Source of the DNA: Candidatus Bathyarchaeota archaeon
GTDB taxonomy: Archaea > Thermoproteota > Bathyarchaeia > TCS64
Assembly: GCA_043826455.1 (NCBI GenBank)
Contig: JBDRQD010000059.1
Location: forward strand, 1-48,127
Reading direction: 5' to 3'
DNA: 48,127 bases
The notes under the pieces are model-generated. The model was not told where the DNA came from, made no database searches, and worked only from the letters and a program-made list of their open reading frames with translations. Shown here one piece after another: positions 18,556 to 27,378 of this stretch (position 1 is its first letter; every line of letters begins with the position of its first letter). Position numbers and translations under genes: made by a program.

Positions 18556-19866
18556 CTAGGGGTAGACCCGGCGCATGTCCCTGGGGAAGGGTATGGTGTC
18601 CCGTATGTGCTCCAGGTTCAGCATCCACATGAGGACCCGCTCGACGCCCAGGCCGAAACCGCTGTGGGGCACTGTCCCCCACCTGCGGAGGTCCATGTAC
18701 CAGGCGTAGTTGGCGGGGTCCAGGCCGTCGTCGATGGTGCGCTGGTACAGCTGCTGGTAGTCGTGGACGCGCTGGCCGCCGCCTATGATCTCGCCGTAGC
18801 CTGAGGGGGCCAGGAGGTCCGAGCTGAGGGTCACCTCGGAGCGCTGGGGGTCGGGCATGTGGTAGAAGGGCTTGATGCCGCTGGGGAAGCCCACGACCCA
18901 GAAGGGTGTCTGGAACTGCTCGGTGAGGGGGCCCTCCTGCTGCCACCCGAAGTCGTCTCCCCAGTACATCTCCACGCCCTGCTTCTGGACTATCTCCACC
19001 GCCTCGTCGTACTTGATCTTGGGGAACGGCGGCTCCAGTGATGCCAAGTACTCTGGGTCTCCGCCCACCTTCCTCACCTTGTCCGGCACATCCTCGGCCA
19101 GAGTGTTGGCTGTGTGGCATACGAGCTTGTCGCCAGTGGCCTGGATGCCGTTGAGGTCTGTCCAGGGCTCCTCCACCTCCAGGTGCCAGAACTCGCTGAG
19201 GTGGCGCCTGGTCCTGTGGGGCTCGGCCCTGAAGCTGGGGGCTATGGTGTATATCTTGCCCAGGCTGGCTATCATGGCCTCCGCGTAGAGCTGCCAGCTC
19301 TGGCTGAGGTAGACGCCTTTACGGTCAAAGTACTCCACGTTGAAGAGGGTGCTGCCGCCCTCCACGCTGGCTGTCATGAATGTTGGGCTGTGACACTCGG
19401 TGTACCCGTTCTGCTCGAAGTAGTCGCGGGCGGCGTGGAGGAACCTGGCCCGGAGCTGGAATATGGTCTGGAGCCTGGGCTCCCGGACCCACAGGTGCCG
19501 GTTGTCCATGAGGAACTCGATGCCCTGCTCCTTCTTGACGATGGGGTAGTCCTGCTGGGCCTCGTAGACGGTGCCGACGCTGTTGACGCGGAGCTCCCAG
19601 CCGCCCGGGGCGCGGTCGTCCTGTTTCACCTTGCCCTTGAGCTCGATGGTGGTCTCCAGGGGCAGCTTTTCCACCCGGGTGAAGGTCTCCTCGGGGACGT
19701 TGCGCTTATTGAGGGTGCACTGGATGACTCCTGTACCGTCTCTCAGCTCCAGGAACTGGATGCCGCCGCTTGATCTGCTGGTGTATATCCAGCCGCGGAC
19801 CTTGACCTCGGCTCCGTCCTCGTGTCGTCCTGATAGTATGTCGGCTGCGTCTACGAATACGGACAT
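18556..19866 (-). CDS. asnS: Asparagine--tRNA ligase
   Basis: OB-fold ELRDGTG, FRAE..RRHLSEFW, WYMDLRRWGTVPHSGFGLGVER typical of AsnRS; start trimmed to ATG 19866. Confidence 0.9.
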   Translation of the reverse strand: MSVFVDAADILSGRHEDGAEVKVRGWIYTSRSSGGIQFLELRDGTGVIQCTLNKRNVPEETFTRVEKLPLETTIELKGKVKQDDRAPGGWELRVNSVGTVYEAQQDYPIVKKEQGIEFLMDNRHLWVREPRLQTIFQLRARFLHAARDYFEQNGYTECHSPTFMTASVEGGSTLFNVEYFDRKGVYLSQSWQLYAEAMIASLGKIYTIAPSFRAEPHRTRRHLSEFWHLEVEEPWTDLNGIQATGDKLVCHTANTLAEDVPDKVRKVGGDPEYLASLEPPFPKIKYDEAVEIVQKQGVEMYWGDDFGWQQEGPLTEQFQTPFWVVGFPSGIKPFYHMPDPQRSEVTLSSDLLAPSGYGEIIGGGQRVHDYQQLYQRTIDDGLDPANYAWYMDLRRWGTVPHSGFGLGVERVLMWMLNLEHIRDTIPFPRDMRRVYP

Positions 19867-19994
19867 TTTAGACAGGGGATTGGTTGCGGCGCGGGTTAAA
19901 GACTCTTTTGCTGGGGTTTTTTCTCTGGAGATTGGAGGAAGGCCCATCCGAACAGTTAAACGGCTGTGTACCCCTTTCAAGTACGGTCCCGTTT

Positions 19995-20279
19995 ATGGTC
20001 AAGTGTCCCAAGTGCGGCGGAGAGATGGTGGAGGGGGAGGCGTATGTTAACGTCCCGGTCATGCCGGGCGGCTCCATGATGGGGGGAATGATGCCCATAC
20101 CGGCTGTGAGCATGGGCGGCATCGCTCCCTCAGAGGATACAGGGCTCAGGTGGCGCGAGAAGACCGGCGAGAAGAAGGGGTTCCTGTTCAAGAGCGAGGA
20201 GGTGCGCACCATGACCGTCAAGGGGCGGAGGTGCACTGGGTGCGGCCTCATCGAGCTGTACGCTGGGGATGAGGTCTAG
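19995..20279 (+). CDS. Small zinc-ribbon protein
   Basis: KCPKCGGEM at the N-terminus and RCTGCGLIELY at the C-terminus. Confidence 0.75.
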   Translation: MVKCPKCGGEMVEGEAYVNVPVMPGGSMMGGMMPIPAVSMGGIAPSEDTGLRWREKTGEKKGFLFKSEEVRTMTVKGRRCTGCGLIELYAGDEV

Positions 20280-20377
20280 GCCTCGGGTACATAGATCAGT
20301 TATCTATCTTTTGTGTAGTGGAAGGCTACAGACTTAGCTTCTTTAAAAGTTAAAAGAGAAGACCTTGTGAGGAGACT

Positions 20378-20599
20378 ATGGACCCCAGGATAAGGCTGCT
20401 CCAGCGCCTCAGGCTCCAGCTCAGCGGCTACGTCTACGTGGGGGACCGGCGGAGGGACGGGTGGAAGGGCGCCCTACCCCACTACGTGTTCCAGTGCCCA
20501 ACACACGGCCTGGTGGAGAGCTACCCCCACGGCTACGAGCAGAGGCTGGAGTGCCCCATGTGCATGGAGGAGAAGACGGCTCCCGAGATAGAGGCCTAG
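20378..20599 (+). CDS. Small putative zinc-binding protein
   Basis: CPTH...CPMC; GAGGAG SD. Confidence 0.7.
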   Translation: MDPRIRLLQRLRLQLSGYVYVGDRRRDGWKGALPHYVFQCPTHGLVESYPHGYEQRLECPMCMEEKTAPEIEA

Positions 20600-20696
20600 C
20601 TGCCTAGGTTTTGATCGGGCCGCGGAGAGGGAGTGGATTAATAGAGGGCACGGCCTCTGCAGGTTTGTCTTATGAAGATATAGAGGTGGGTAGCGG

Positions 20697-22301
20697 CTAC
20701 CAGCCCACTGCGCAGCCATCGGCCCTTGCGTCCGATCCAGCTGTGAGGACCCCTGTACTGGGATTTCTGTGGATTATCTGGCCTCGGCCGAAGACGCCGC
20801 GGGCCCAGCCGCTGCAGGGCACCACCTCGTGGCCCATGGATGCTAGCTGGCTCATGACCTGGACGTCTATCTCGTCCTCTAGACTGACCTTGCCTCCGGC
20901 GGTGCCGTCTAGGATGCAGAACCTGGGGGCGTCCAGGGCCTCCTGGGGGTTCATGCCGTAGTCCACCAGGTTGACGATGACCTGGACGTGGCCCTGGGGC
21001 TGCATGAAGCCCCCCATGACGCCGAAGGGGGCGTACAGGTCGCCGTCCAGGGTGGCCAGGCCCGGAATTATTGTGTGGTAGGGCCGCTTTCCTGGCTCCA
21101 GCCTGTTGGGGTGATCTGGGTCGAGGCTGAAGCCGCTGCCCCGGTTCTGGAGGGTGAACCCGCAGCCGCGGGGGATTATGCCGGTGCCGAACCCGGTGTA
21201 GTTGCTGTTGATGAAGCTGCAGGCGTTGCCTTCGCCGTCTACGATGCAGAAGTAGACGGTGTCGCTGCCCACAACGGGGGAGCCTCTCTGGACGTCCAAG
21301 GTCGCCCTCTCTGGGTTAAGGAGCCTCCGCCGCTCTGCTGCGTACTCCTTGCTCAACAGCTCCTTTACGGGGACGTAGACTACGTCTGGGTCTGCCACGT
21401 ACCACCGGGTGTCCGCGAAGGCGATCCTCAAGGCTTCTATCAGGGTGTGGAGGTGTTTGGCGGATGCGTGGGGGACGCCTGTTAGGCTGAACTCCTCCAG
21501 TATGTTGAGGGCTATGAGGGCGGTTATGCCCTGGCCGTTGGGGGGCATCTCCCAGACGTCCAAGCCCTTGTAGTTGGTGGACACTGGGTCGGGGTAGGTG
21601 GTCCTGTGTTTCTTGAGGTCGTCGGGGGTCATGGTGCCGCCCATGTCGCCCATAACTCTGACTATTTCTTTCGCTATCCTGCCCTCATAGAACCCTGCCT
21701 TTCCGCGCTCGGCCAGCTCCCGGAATGTGCGGGCCAGGTTGGGGTTCCTCATGATCTCGCCGGCCCTGGGGGCCCTGCCGCCTATGAGGAGCTCGTCGCC
21801 GTGGGGCCCGTTCCTGAGCTGGGGTATGCCCCGGTCCCAGGCGCGGGCGGTGATGGGGCTCACGGGGAACCCTTTCTCCGCCAGCTCTGTGGCGGGGGCC
21901 AGCACCTGTTGCAGGGGCATGGTTCCGAACCTGTCTATGGTGTCCGCCCAGCCGGCGGCGGCCCCCGGCACTGTTACGGTGTGGACGCTGAAACGGGGCA
22001 GCGAGGTGATCCCCTTGTCTGCTAGGTACTCTATGTTGAGGCCGGCTGGGGCGCGGCCGCTTCCGTTGAGGCCTTTGACGGCTCGGCTCTTGGCGTCGTA
22101 GAAGATGCAGAAGCAGTCGCCGCCTATGCCTGTGCTGGTGGGCTCGGTGACGTTGAGGGCGGCTGCTACTGCGACGGCGGCGTCGGCGGCGTTCCCGCCC
22201 TGCTGGAGTATCCGTAGGCCGGCCATGGAGGCCAGGGGCTGGCTGCTGGCCACCATGCCGTGTGTGCCGTAGACGGGTGACCTGCGGGAGTTGAACTTCA
22301 T
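20697..22301 (-). CDS. ggt: Gamma-glutamyltransferase family protein
   Basis: GGNAADAA, DTVY autocatalytic Thr, KRPYHTIIP, GGFMQPQG. Confidence 0.93.
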   Translation of the reverse strand: MKFNSRRSPVYGTHGMVASSQPLASMAGLRILQQGGNAADAAVAVAAALNVTEPTSTGIGGDCFCIFYDAKSRAVKGLNGSGRAPAGLNIEYLADKGITSLPRFSVHTVTVPGAAAGWADTIDRFGTMPLQQVLAPATELAEKGFPVSPITARAWDRGIPQLRNGPHGDELLIGGRAPRAGEIMRNPNLARTFRELAERGKAGFYEGRIAKEIVRVMGDMGGTMTPDDLKKHRTTYPDPVSTNYKGLDVWEMPPNGQGITALIALNILEEFSLTGVPHASAKHLHTLIEALRIAFADTRWYVADPDVVYVPVKELLSKEYAAERRRLLNPERATLDVQRGSPVVGSDTVYFCIVDGEGNACSFINSNYTGFGTGIIPRGCGFTLQNRGSGFSLDPDHPNRLEPGKRPYHTIIPGLATLDGDLYAPFGVMGGFMQPQGHVQVIVNLVDYGMNPQEALDAPRFCILDGTAGGKVSLEDEIDVQVMSQLASMGHEVVPCSGWARGVFGRGQIIHRNPSTGVLTAGSDARADGCAVGW

Positions 22302-22385
22302 GGGTAGTGGAGTAACACGCCCCCAGATATAGTGTTTCCACACGGGCTCATCCTAGGCCATATATAACGCGGCCGGCATGATACC

Positions 22386-23372
22386 ATGATATATTTGAAG
22401 GTCCTAGTTGTCAGCCCCAGCCTGGCTGAGAGGATTCGGAAGCTCTTACCCGGAGACGTTGAGGTGGTGAAGCCCGAGACAGGCACCGACGAGGAGCTCG
22501 CCAGGTTGGCGGGGGACGTGGAGGTCATCGTCTCCACTAGACTCTCAGCATCCGTGGCCGAGGCCGCCACCCGGCTGAGGCTGCTCCAGAAGACGGGGGC
22601 CGGAGTGGACGACATGCCCTTCGACGCCCTAGGCCCCGACGTGTGGGTGGCCAACACCTCTGGCTCTAACCCGGTGCCCCTGGCGGAGGGCGCCGTGGCC
22701 CTGGTCCTGGCTTTGGCGAAGCGGGTGGTGCCGCGGGCTAACACGTTCCTGGATGGCCCAGACCACATTCCGGGGGTTCTGCTCAGCGGCAAGAAGGCTG
22801 GGATCATCGGCCTCGGCAGCATAGGGGTGGAGGTGGCTAGGCGGCTTGCCGCCTTCGACGTGAAGATTCTCGGGGTGAAGAGGCACCCGGACCCCGCGCT
22901 GAAGGAGTCCCTGGGCCTGGAGTTCCTGGGCACGCCGGGGGACCTTCAACATGTTCTAGCCGAGTCGGATTTCGTGGTGGTCACTGTGCCTCTTACCCCA
23001 GAGACGCGGGGCATGATCGGGGAGGCAGAGCTGGCCGCCATGAAGCCCACGGCGTACATCGTGAACGTGGCCCGGGCAGCCATCATCCAGGAGGAGCCAC
23101 TGTACCGTGCGTTGAGGGAGGGCAGGCTGGCGGGGGCCGCCCTGGACGTGTGGTGGAGGCCCCACTGGTGGGACCCCATCTGGAACACGGGGGGCGAGCC
23201 TGCGTCTCGTTACCCATTCTGGGAGCTGCCCAACGTGATCTGCACGCCCCACAACATCGTCTCCACTGACTCCAGGTCCAACGCGGGGCTCAGGGTCATG
23301 GTAGAGAACATTCTAAAAGTGAGGGACGGGGAGCCGCCGGTTAACCCGGTGGATAGGCGGCTGAGGTACTAG
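22386..23372 (+). CDS. D-isomer-specific 2-hydroxyacid dehydrogenase
   Basis: GLGSIG, VNVAR, AALDVW, TPH. Confidence 0.9.
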   Translation: MIYLKVLVVSPSLAERIRKLLPGDVEVVKPETGTDEELARLAGDVEVIVSTRLSASVAEAATRLRLLQKTGAGVDDMPFDALGPDVWVANTSGSNPVPLAEGAVALVLALAKRVVPRANTFLDGPDHIPGVLLSGKKAGIIGLGSIGVEVARRLAAFDVKILGVKRHPDPALKESLGLEFLGTPGDLQHVLAESDFVVVTVPLTPETRGMIGEAELAAMKPTAYIVNVARAAIIQEEPLYRALREGRLAGAALDVWWRPHWWDPIWNTGGEPASRYPFWELPNVICTPHNIVSTDSRSNAGLRVMVENILKVRDGEPPVNPVDRRLRY

Positions 23373-23425
23373 CTTACACGGTTTTTATCCCGCCCTTGTC
23401 CTACCAACTTGGCTGAGGGTGCAAG

Positions 23426-23722
23426 TTGAACTTCACAAAGGTGGATGGCGGGAACAAGGAGCACAGTGTACGCATCATTGCCTTAAGCACATGTGGTTGG
23501 TGCAGACAGCTGAAGAAGTTCCTGCAGGAGCAGGGCATCGCCTACGAGTACGTGGACGTTGACCTCTGCTCTCGGGACGAGAAGAGGGAGATCACAATGT
23601 TCCTGAAGGAGCATAACCTGCCTCTGACGTTCCCTTTGACCATTGTAGACGAGTCCACGTTCATCAGCGGTTACAGGCCCGAGGAGTTCTCCAAGGCTTT
23701 GGAACTAGATTTTGATAAATGA
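23426..23722 (+). CDS. Glutaredoxin family protein
   Basis: CGWC active site, TFP cis-Pro, ISGY. Confidence 0.87.
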   Translation: MNFTKVDGGNKEHSVRIIALSTCGWCRQLKKFLQEQGIAYEYVDVDLCSRDEKREITMFLKEHNLPLTFPLTIVDESTFISGYRPEEFSKALELDFDK

Positions 23723-23825
23723 AGTGGGCTGGAAGCCCCGGGCACACATTGTACGAATATTTTTCATTAAATGTTTAAAATTCATAAAACTTTAAAAAAT
23801 GACCATAATATTCTATATGTATAAA

Positions 23826-25376
23826 ATGCCGAACTTTTGTCCTCGATGTGGGTCAGCACTAAAACATGATAACGCTAATTTCTGCATGGAATGCGGTTTT
23901 AATCTTCAAACATCTGACGTTGAAAAAGTCTCGGAAGAAAGCCCGATTCCTAAATCCACCAATATTTATGATCTCGGAGAAAAGATGGAAGAAAAAGTTG
24001 AATTTATTTTTATGGCCAAAGGATATGAAACAAAGCGACGACAAAGAATCAAAGGATCATCCGATACAATAAGTGAAATAGATATTTTAGCATATAAAAA
24101 CCGTAGGACAATAGCTATTGAATGTAAAAATTATTCAATACCAATAGGGACAAGCCAAATACGTGATTTTTTAGAAAAATTACGGGATTTAAAAATTCCA
24201 AATGGTTATTTTATAACAAATTCTGATTTTACTAAAGGTGCTACTAAATTCGCTCAGTATAATAACATTGTTCTATGGTCAGGAGAACAGATCCGAGACG
24301 AATTTTGGCAAGCAAATATAGGTCGAACTGATGAAGGAAAAGAACGTTCTCTTAAAAATTCTTTACCTATTCAAATTGGTTATGAGAAAGCGGTAAATCT
24401 GGATTTAGTAAATAAGGATAAAATTCAGATCGCTGCATCATATCTTCACTATAAACCATACTATGTTATTGAGTATCTGTTCAAAGACAAATACGTTGAT
24501 CCGTCGAAAGAGTCGCATAACTTCATTGATGAAGGACTGGTATTGATTGATGGGCGAGATGGAAAAATATTAAATAAAGTTGATTTCACGGGAAAAATCC
24601 GTAATATAATTTCAAGTTCAGACGAAGAAGTTGATTTAAAAATAAAAGACGAGCTTCAACATTATGATAAAACCGAGAACTATCGAATACTCCCCGATCA
24701 ATTCATTGTTAGTGTTATGGAACCTCAAGTACAAAACAGATATGTGCATAAATTAGCTATTGATTACATTACTGAAAAAAATACACATAAAATAAGTTAC
24801 TTACCTAAATCTGCTGAAACGGTATTTGACACCAAAGCAGTCACATATACGCCAAAGAGGAATAAAATCATGATTAAAAAAGTGAATTTCCTTTATGTTC
24901 CCAAATGGAAAATAAAGTATCAATCATCCGACTATGAATACTCCAAGGAACTATACGCCTACTCGGGAACTAAACTAGAAGACACAACTGAATACTGCCC
25001 AAACCATTTTCAAATCGGCGGATTAAGATTTGTCACTAAAAAAACCCATGCAGTGTGTGAAGTATGCGGAAAGGCTCTGTGCAACGAACACATTTACAAA
25101 TGTCCAACGTGCGGAAAATGGCTATGCATTGAATGTGGGGCTACATGTTCAAGTTGTAATAGAGTAATTTGTCAGGAGCATATTCATAATCAATGTTCTG
25201 TGAGTCAACAGAATATATGCGACGATTGCACAGTCACGTGCCCGATTTGTGGTAATATCTATGGAAGAAGACATGAAGTTACGTGCTCGCAATGTGGCAC
25301 TATTGTATGCAAAAATTGCTCGCAATCTAAGGGCTTGATAATGAAAAAGCAATATTGTATTAACTGTCTTTCCTGA
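23826..25376 (+). CDS. Mrr-like PD-(D/E)xK restriction endonuclease with N-terminal zinc ribbon and C-terminal multi-zinc-finger array
   Basis: CPRC..CMEC; EIDILA..IECKNY..TNSDFT; repeated CxxC/CxxH tail; very AT-rich; alternative ATG at 23799. Confidence 0.85.
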   Translation: MPNFCPRCGSALKHDNANFCMECGFNLQTSDVEKVSEESPIPKSTNIYDLGEKMEEKVEFIFMAKGYETKRRQRIKGSSDTISEIDILAYKNRRTIAIECKNYSIPIGTSQIRDFLEKLRDLKIPNGYFITNSDFTKGATKFAQYNNIVLWSGEQIRDEFWQANIGRTDEGKERSLKNSLPIQIGYEKAVNLDLVNKDKIQIAASYLHYKPYYVIEYLFKDKYVDPSKESHNFIDEGLVLIDGRDGKILNKVDFTGKIRNIISSSDEEVDLKIKDELQHYDKTENYRILPDQFIVSVMEPQVQNRYVHKLAIDYITEKNTHKISYLPKSAETVFDTKAVTYTPKRNKIMIKKVNFLYVPKWKIKYQSSDYEYSKELYAYSGTKLEDTTEYCPNHFQIGGLRFVTKKTHAVCEVCGKALCNEHIYKCPTCGKWLCIECGATCSSCNRVICQEHIHNQCSVSQQNICDDCTVTCPICGNIYGRRHEVTCSQCGTIVCKNCSQSKGLIMKKQYCINCLS

Positions 25377-25403
25377 TTCAAACTATCATCTGAGGGAATT
25401 TTA

Positions 25404-25452
25404 TTGGCGCCCCGGGGAAGACTCGAACTTCCGGCCACCTGATTAACAGTCA
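25404..25452 (-). repeat. att-like 49-bp duplicate of the 3' part of tRNA-Asn
   Basis: Identical to 27302..27350. Confidence 0.95.
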
Positions 25453-25688
25453 TGACGCCGCCAGTATTCAATAAGACATTTTAACTATTTATTCGCTGCC
25501 CGGGTAAAATTAGTTAATTTATGTAGTGTAGAAGAATTGTTTAAAAATTTTAAAAATCCAAACATCTAAAACTTGCGTTGTGTGACTCGTTGCACTCACT
25601 CTGAGACTAAGGTTGTTAGAATTTGGTAAGTGTTTAATATATCTGTAAAACAACCTAAATTAGCAAGAAGGAATGAAAAATATCTGAG

Positions 25689-26036
25689 CTGAGTGAATTA
25701 CTTGAAGTCAGCCGGGATATACTGAAATGGATCAAGTTCGCTAACTACGACAAAGTGAAAGGTGTTCTTGAGAAAATACTTTCTGACGACGACAGGAAAC
25801 TGGTCTATCATCTAAGTGATGGAGTCAACACGTCCCGAACAATAGCAGCTAAGACACCTGTATCTCATAATACCGTATCCGTCTGGTGGAAAGCATGGTT
25901 TAACATGGCTATCATTGATAATATTCCAGTTCAAGGTGGGGGGACAAGAGGCAAGAAAGTGTTCAACCTTGAAGACTTCGATATACCCATACCCAAATTG
26001 CCCGAAAAGAATGCTGAGGAGAAACAGGCAGAATGA
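25689..26036 (+). CDS. Winged-HTH-like protein A (probable CTG start at 25689; GTG 25755 in the track)
   Basis: VYHLSDG..TSRTIA....VSHNTVS HTH-like segment; frame open upstream to 25677. Confidence 0.7.
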   Translation: MSELLEVSRDILKWIKFANYDKVKGVLEKILSDDDRKLVYHLSDGVNTSRTIAAKTPVSHNTVSVWWKAWFNMAIIDNIPVQGGGTRGKKVFNLEDFDIPIPKLPEKNAEEKQAE

Positions 26037-26419
26037 GTGAACCAGACCGCCTACTAGAGGAACTCCAGGCTATCAAGTTCCTGCTAACTCTCAGTAATTC
26101 CGAGGTGGTTGACACTTACATGAATAAAGTAATATCAACCACCACAAGACGTAAGATGTGGACACTTATTGATGGTAGACGATTTGGAAATGACATAGCT
26201 AAAGAAGTAGGTACATCTCCAGCTGCTGTATCATATTTCTTAACTTCAGTTCAGACGGCTGGCCTAGTGAAGTATGATAGTAAAAGTCCCCCAAGAAGAG
26301 TCATTGATTACACACCATCTGAATGGTTTAAGGAGATAGAGGAAGCTGAAGCGAAGAAGAAGCCCACAGAGGGTGCAAACCAAGAGGTTAAACCCAAGGA
26401 AACTGAATCTCAATACTGA
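26033..26419 (+). CDS. Winged-HTH-like protein B (ArsR-like)
   Basis: MWTLIDG...NDIAKEVGTSPAAVSYFL...AGLV; ATGA overlap with protein A. Confidence 0.75.
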   Translation: MSEPDRLLEELQAIKFLLTLSNSEVVDTYMNKVISTTTRRKMWTLIDGRRFGNDIAKEVGTSPAAVSYFLTSVQTAGLVKYDSKSPPRRVIDYTPSEWFKEIEEAEAKKKPTEGANQEVKPKETESQY

Positions 26420-26427
26420 AATAAGCT

Positions 26428-27246
26428 ATGATTTCCAGTGATTTACGTGATCAAATTCTTTCTAGACTGGGAAAAAGTATTCCTTGGTTCTATGCTGAAT
26501 TAAGACAGATAAGTGAGAATCTGGGTTTCTCATTTTCAAATAGAATAATTGCATATGTGTTTGCATATGAAAACGGAGTTGATCCCTCTCCCTTCATCAA
26601 AGATGAAGAGTTAGCAGAGTACCGTCAGGCTATTCAGATGAGACGAACCATGGGGCTGGTTCCATCACCGCAAACCCCAGTATCAATACCTGAAGATAAG
26701 ACTGTTAGGAAGAGTACCCCACGACTCCCGAAGCCCGTATTTGTACAGATACCTGAAATGGAACGGTTAAATGTGCCCAACTTAGCGAAGGAAATAGTAA
26801 ATGACGCATCTGAAATGGCTAAGATATACCCTCTGATCTACCTGTACGAGAATAGTGTCCGTGAGTTCATCAAGGAAGTGCTGGACAAGCGAAGCCCAGA
26901 TTGGTGGGATAAAGTCAACAAAGGAATAAAGGATAGGGTGGAGGATAGGCAGAGGACTGAAAAACAGAACGCCTACCATGGTAAATTACGGGTTCACCCC
27001 ATACAGTACGTTGATCTTGATGATCTCCGCAACATCATCCAGTCTAATGCAATAATCTTCAATGATTACATGCCCGACAAGAATGTGGAGTATCTACAGC
27101 AAAAACTCAGAGAATTGAAAGACAGTCGAAACATCCTGATGCACTGCAACCCGTTAACCCAAGACGACATGCAGCGGGTCCGCCTTTACTTTGCTGATTG
27201 GGTGCGGCAACTCAAAGGTATGCTGGATTTTCTACATAAAAAATAG
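26428..27246 (+). CDS. Swt1-like HEPN domain protein (putative RNase)
   Basis: YLYENSVREFI, WW, YVDLDDLRNII and the Rx4H motif RNILMH. Confidence 0.82.
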   Translation: MISSDLRDQILSRLGKSIPWFYAELRQISENLGFSFSNRIIAYVFAYENGVDPSPFIKDEELAEYRQAIQMRRTMGLVPSPQTPVSIPEDKTVRKSTPRLPKPVFVQIPEMERLNVPNLAKEIVNDASEMAKIYPLIYLYENSVREFIKEVLDKRSPDWWDKVNKGIKDRVEDRQRTEKQNAYHGKLRVHPIQYVDLDDLRNIIQSNAIIFNDYMPDKNVEYLQQKLRELKDSRNILMHCNPLTQDDMQRVRLYFADWVRQLKGMLDFLHKK

Positions 27247-27302
27247 AAACAAGGAACAAAGAGTAATCTCTTCAAACCCTCTAACCTCTGGGGGTTGTTT
27301 GT

Positions 27303-27378
27303 TGGCGCCCCGGGGAAGACTCGAACTTCCGGCCACCTGATTAACAGTCAGGCGCTCTACCTACTGAGCTACCGAGGC
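27303..27378 (-). tRNA. tRNA-Asn (GTT)
   Basis: 76-nt cloverleaf GCCTCGGTAGCTCAG...CTGTTAA...GTTCGAG...CCGGGGCGCCA with encoded CCA. Confidence 0.97.

Larger units (their letters stand above)
25404..27350. mobile_element. Integrase-less islet integrated in tRNA-Asn
   Basis: 49-bp direct repeats, low GC, three cargo genes. Confidence 0.8.

Noticed and set aside
25404..25452. Second tRNA-Asn gene
   Set aside because: Lacks the 5' acceptor strand and D-arm; it is an att duplicate.
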